Of a stretch of 64,000 bases of DNA, positions 61,884 to 64,000 are shown piece by piece. The notes below the pieces were generated by a model. It was not told where the DNA came from. It saw nothing but the letters and a program-made list of their open reading frames with translations, and made no database searches. The position numbers were made by a program, and so were the translations under genes. Position 1 is the first letter of the stretch. Each line of letters starts with the position of its first letter. The DNA is from Acidimicrobiia bacterium (GTDB lineage: Bacteria; Actinomycetota; Acidimicrobiia; Acidimicrobiales; Aldehydirespiratoraceae): positions 560,587-624,586 of the forward strand of contig JAJEHD010000018.1 of assembly GCA_022819505.1 (NCBI GenBank). Direction: 5' to 3'.

Positions 61884-62644
61884 GGCACAGTTCCTTGGGT
61901 CGCTAGGGCGTTCGAGATGGCGTTCAGCTCTGAGGCGGCCAGCACGTCGGTGGCCGCGACCGCTCCGACGATGATGGTGGCCGGGCTGGACACCCGGAGG
62001 CGGCGTAGGCCGGACAGGTCGGTCCGGTCAATGTTCTGGTCGCCGGTCGTGGCCGCGCTGATGACTGCCACCGGGGTGTCGTCGGCCATGCCGCCGGCCC
62101 GGAGCCGGTCGGCGATCTGCTCGGCCCGGGCCGCGCCCATCAGGATCACCAGCGTCGTGCCGCCCCTGGCCAGCGCGTCCCAGTCGAGCCACCGGTTCGA
62201 GGACGGATCCTGGTGGGCGGTGACGACGGTGAAGCCGCTGGAGACGCCTCGCAGGGTGACGGGGATGCCGGCCGCAGCCGGCGCGGCCACCGCAGAGGTC
62301 ACTCCGGGGACCACTTCGACATCGAGGCCGGCGGCCCGCAGGGCGGTGGCCTCCTCGCCGCCGCGGCCGAACACGAACGGGTCGCCGCCCTTCAGCCGCA
62401 CGACGCAGCCGAAGCGGCGGCCCCGGTCCACGAGGATGGCGTTGATGTCGTCCTGGGACGGGCTCGGAGCGCCGGGCGTCTTGCCCACGCAGATGAGCTC
62501 GGCCCACGGCGGCGCGAGATCGAGCACCGCCGGATCGACGAGCCGGTCGTAGACCACCGTGTCGGCCTTGCGCAACAGGCCGGCGGCCCGGACGGTCAGC
62601 AGCTCAGGGTCACCGGGACCCGCGCCCACGAGATGGACGGTCAC
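61880..62644 (-). CDS. cobA: Uroporphyrinogen-III C-methyltransferase (SUMT)
   Basis: VHLVGAGPGDPELLT and VVRLKGGDPFVFGRG motifs. 4-bp overlaps on both sides. Confidence 0.9.
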   Translation of the reverse strand: MTVHLVGAGPGDPELLTVRAAGLLRKADTVVYDRLVDPAVLDLAPPWAELICVGKTPGAPSPSQDDINAILVDRGRRFGCVVRLKGGDPFVFGRGGEEATALRAAGLDVEVVPGVTSAVAAPAAAGIPVTLRGVSSGFTVVTAHQDPSSNRWLDWDALARGGTTLVILMGAARAEQIADRLRAGGMADDTPVAVISAATTGDQNIDRTDLSGLRRLRVSSPATIIVGAVAATDVLAASELNAISNALATQGTVP

Positions 62645-63306
62645 GATGCCAGCGCCTCGGTGGGTTCGTTCTCGGGGGCATGGAGTCCGAGGTGGCCGCG
62701 CAACAGGGAGCGAGCCTCGTCAACGCGTCCCACCCGCACGAGCTCGAGCAACCCTCCGTCGAGGGCGGCCTCCCAGCCGGTCACCTCGGAAGTGCCGTAG
62801 TGAGCCTTGGCTTCCGCTCGCGCCTCTGCCAGCAGTTCCAGAAGGGCCGCGTAGCCGGAATCGACCTCGCGCTCGATCCTCTGCCGGAGCCAGCGAGCCA
62901 GGGCTGGGCTCTGCCCGCCCGTCGACACCGCCACCTGGACGTGGCCGCGCCGGGCCACCGAAGGCAGGGTGAAGGTGCAGTTGGCTGGATCGTCGGCCGA
63001 GTTGACGAACACGTTGGCGGCTTCGCAATCGGCGGCCACGCGGGCGTTCACCGCAGGGTCGTTCGTGGCCGTGACCACCAACCGGTACGAGCCGGCCTCC
63101 GCTGGCTGGTATCGGCGTCGCAGCCAGGTGACGTCGGACCGCTCGGCGATGGCGTTGGCCGCAGCCGGAGCGACCACGGTCACGCGGGCGCCCGCGCGGA
63201 GCAGGGCCTCCACCTTGCGGGCGGCAACCGGCCCTCCGCCGACCACCAGGACGGGCTGATCAGCGAGGAGGAGGTTCACCGGGTATGGGGTCGGGGCGCT
63301 GGGCAT
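62641..63306 (-). CDS. Precorrin-2 dehydrogenase / sirohydrochlorin ferrochelatase (CysG N-terminal-domain / SirC-Met8-like)
   Basis: VLVVGGGPVAARKVEALLRAGARVTVVAP Rossmann motif. Trimmed from track ORF 62641-63498 to the ATG at 63306. Confidence 0.8.
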   Translation of the reverse strand: MPSAPTPYPVNLLLADQPVLVVGGGPVAARKVEALLRAGARVTVVAPAAANAIAERSDVTWLRRRYQPAEAGSYRLVVTATNDPAVNARVAADCEAANVFVNSADDPANCTFTLPSVARRGHVQVAVSTGGQSPALARWLRQRIEREVDSGYAALLELLAEARAEAKAHYGTSEVTGWEAALDGGLLELVRVGRVDEARSLLRGHLGLHAPENEPTEALAS

Positions 63307-63314
63307 CTGAATAC

Positions 63315-63397
63315 GATAATTCCGATAAGAAAAGTCGGGATTCGAGAGGGTAGCGCACTCTCGGGCGCGATACAACACAAATCCGATCAGAATTATC
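63315..63397. promoter_or_regulatory. AT-rich promoter region of the siroheme/sulfite-reductase operon with inverted 12-mers
   Basis: GATAATTCCGAT (63315-63326) and ATCAGAATTATC (63386-63397) are reverse complements at 11/12 positions. Central hairpin CGAGAG-N9-CTCTCG (63343-63363). Confidence 0.4.
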
Positions 63398-63437
63398 AGG
63401 TTTTGGACGGGCCGAACAGCGGAGGCCCGCTCACAAC

Positions 63438-63788
63438 TCAGGGGCTGCCTTCGGGGAGTCGTACACGGGCGGCCCGGGCCGCTCGAGCGATTCGCCAAAT
63501 GATGAAGGCGACTGCGATAGCCACCGCTCCCAGGGTGGCGAACTGGAGGCTTCCGCCCCGGTCGCCGGAGTGCAGGGGGTCCGGTCCGGGGTCGGGGGAT
63601 CCGATTATCCGGTCGGCGCCCGGAGGGATCTCGTAGACGGGTCTCAGGTCGTCCCCGATGTCGGTAGGGAGCGGCTCGTCCTCGCCCTCATGGGCGGCCG
63701 CGCCGGATTGGATGCCGATGAGCAGGGCAGTCATCCCGACCAGCAGGACGGCCCCGCGGCCTGCCCGCCTGGAACCCGGGACTCTCAC
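63438..63788 (-). CDS. Hypothetical secreted/membrane-anchored protein
   Basis: N-terminal signal-like helix ([20 protein letters not shown]), acidic/Pro-rich middle, C-terminal TM helix with Arg-rich tail ([24 protein letters not shown]). GTGA overlap with the upstream SDR gene. Confidence 0.5.
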   Translation of the reverse strand: MRVPGSRRAGRGAVLLVGMTALLIGIQSGAAAHEGEDEPLPTDIGDDLRPVYEIPPGADRIIGSPDPGPDPLHSGDRGGSLQFATLGAVAIAVAFIIWRIARAARAARVRLPEGSP

Positions 63789-64000
63789 GGCTTGGAGCCC
63801 GGCCGGAACTCGGCTACCTCCCCGGTGGTGGCAAGCAGGTAGGAGGGCACCTCGCCGCCGCCGTGCACCGGTACCGACGCTCCCGACATGTAGGAGGCGA
63901 GAGGCGAGGCGCAGAACAGCACCACACCGGCGATCTCGTCGGGCTCTCCGAGCCGGCCCGACGCCAGGGTGTGACCGACGGCGTCGATCCCGGCCTCGTC
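63785..64000 (-). CDS. SDR-family oxidoreductase, C-terminal fragment (5' end outside window)
   Basis: My translation of the reverse strand: ..[36 protein letters not shown].., the typical SDR C-terminus. Stop at 63785-63787. Not in the ORF track because no start lies inside the window. Confidence 0.7.
   Translation of the reverse strand, partial: DEAGIDAVGHTLASGRLGEPDEIAGVVLFCASPLASYMSGASVPVHGGGEVPSYLLATTGEVAEFRPGSKP

Noticed and set aside
1-64000. Search for tRNA/rRNA genes, CRISPR arrays, insertion sequences, integrases, prophage or defence-system genes
   Set aside because: I recognised no cloverleaf-like or rRNA-like segments, no repeat-spacer arrays, and no transposase-, recombinase-, nuclease- or helicase-type ORFs. 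The window looks like core metabolic chromosome. This visual scan cannot exclude small ncRNAs.

Overview
High-GC bacterial chromosomal segment (GC not computed) with actinobacterial-style gene content. It is densely packed with about 62 protein-coding genes. I found no rRNA, tRNA, CRISPR array, transposase, integrase or phage genes. Many long ORFs in the six-frame track are antisense or out-of-frame shadow ORFs typical of high-GC DNA, and I excluded them. Several track ORFs also carry spurious 5' extensions, which I trimmed to starts with a ribosome-binding site or a stop/start overlap.

Gene blocks in order:
1. 3-3954: a BMP-type ABC importer.
2. 3961-12303: three paralogous Rieske oxygenases, two small ferredoxins, a nucleobase-deaminase-type amidohydrolase, a GcvT-like folate-binding protein, a GntR regulator and an amidohydrolase_2 enzyme. 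I read this as a candidate oxidative demethylation pathway of unknown substrate.
3. 12389-23680: housekeeping and miscellaneous genes (Ppx/GppA, SDR, rhodanese, hydrolases, CDF transporter, MaoC, an S41 peptidase with SLH-like repeats, Map, a LuxR regulator, DUF1330).
4. 23836-28827: paaZ-paaABC-paaX, with no paaD or paaE.
5. 28854-31160: an MMPL transporter.
6. 31278-40306: a reductive pyrimidine-catabolism operon. It holds a beta-ureidopropionase, a dihydropyrimidinase, MmsA and an ABC importer. A Mer-like luciferase-family oxidoreductase sits where a dihydropyrimidine dehydrogenase would be expected.
7. 40387-44971: a CoA-binding protein and metY, then a nucleoside hydrolase and ribokinase.
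8. 45003-49839: a cyclase, an NfeD/flotillin pair and two SDRs.
9. 49966-59963: three tandem paralogous family-5 solute-binding proteins with a DppBCDF-type transporter.
10. 60051-63306: a sulfite/nitrite reductase and siroheme-synthesis operon.

Most interesting observations:
- The pyrimidine operon lacks a canonical first enzyme.
- The triple Rieske/ferredoxin/GcvT cluster shares a 15-mer candidate operator between two of its promoter regions.
- A near-perfect 2 x 115 bp tandem duplication lies in the metY leader.
- A helically phased TCTGCCA/TGGCAGA heptamer array sits upstream of the LuxR gene.
- The third solute-binding-protein paralog keeps its lipoprotein signal in frame but has no ATG, GTG or TTG start.

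All functional calls come from motif recognition by eye and from gene context. No database search was run.
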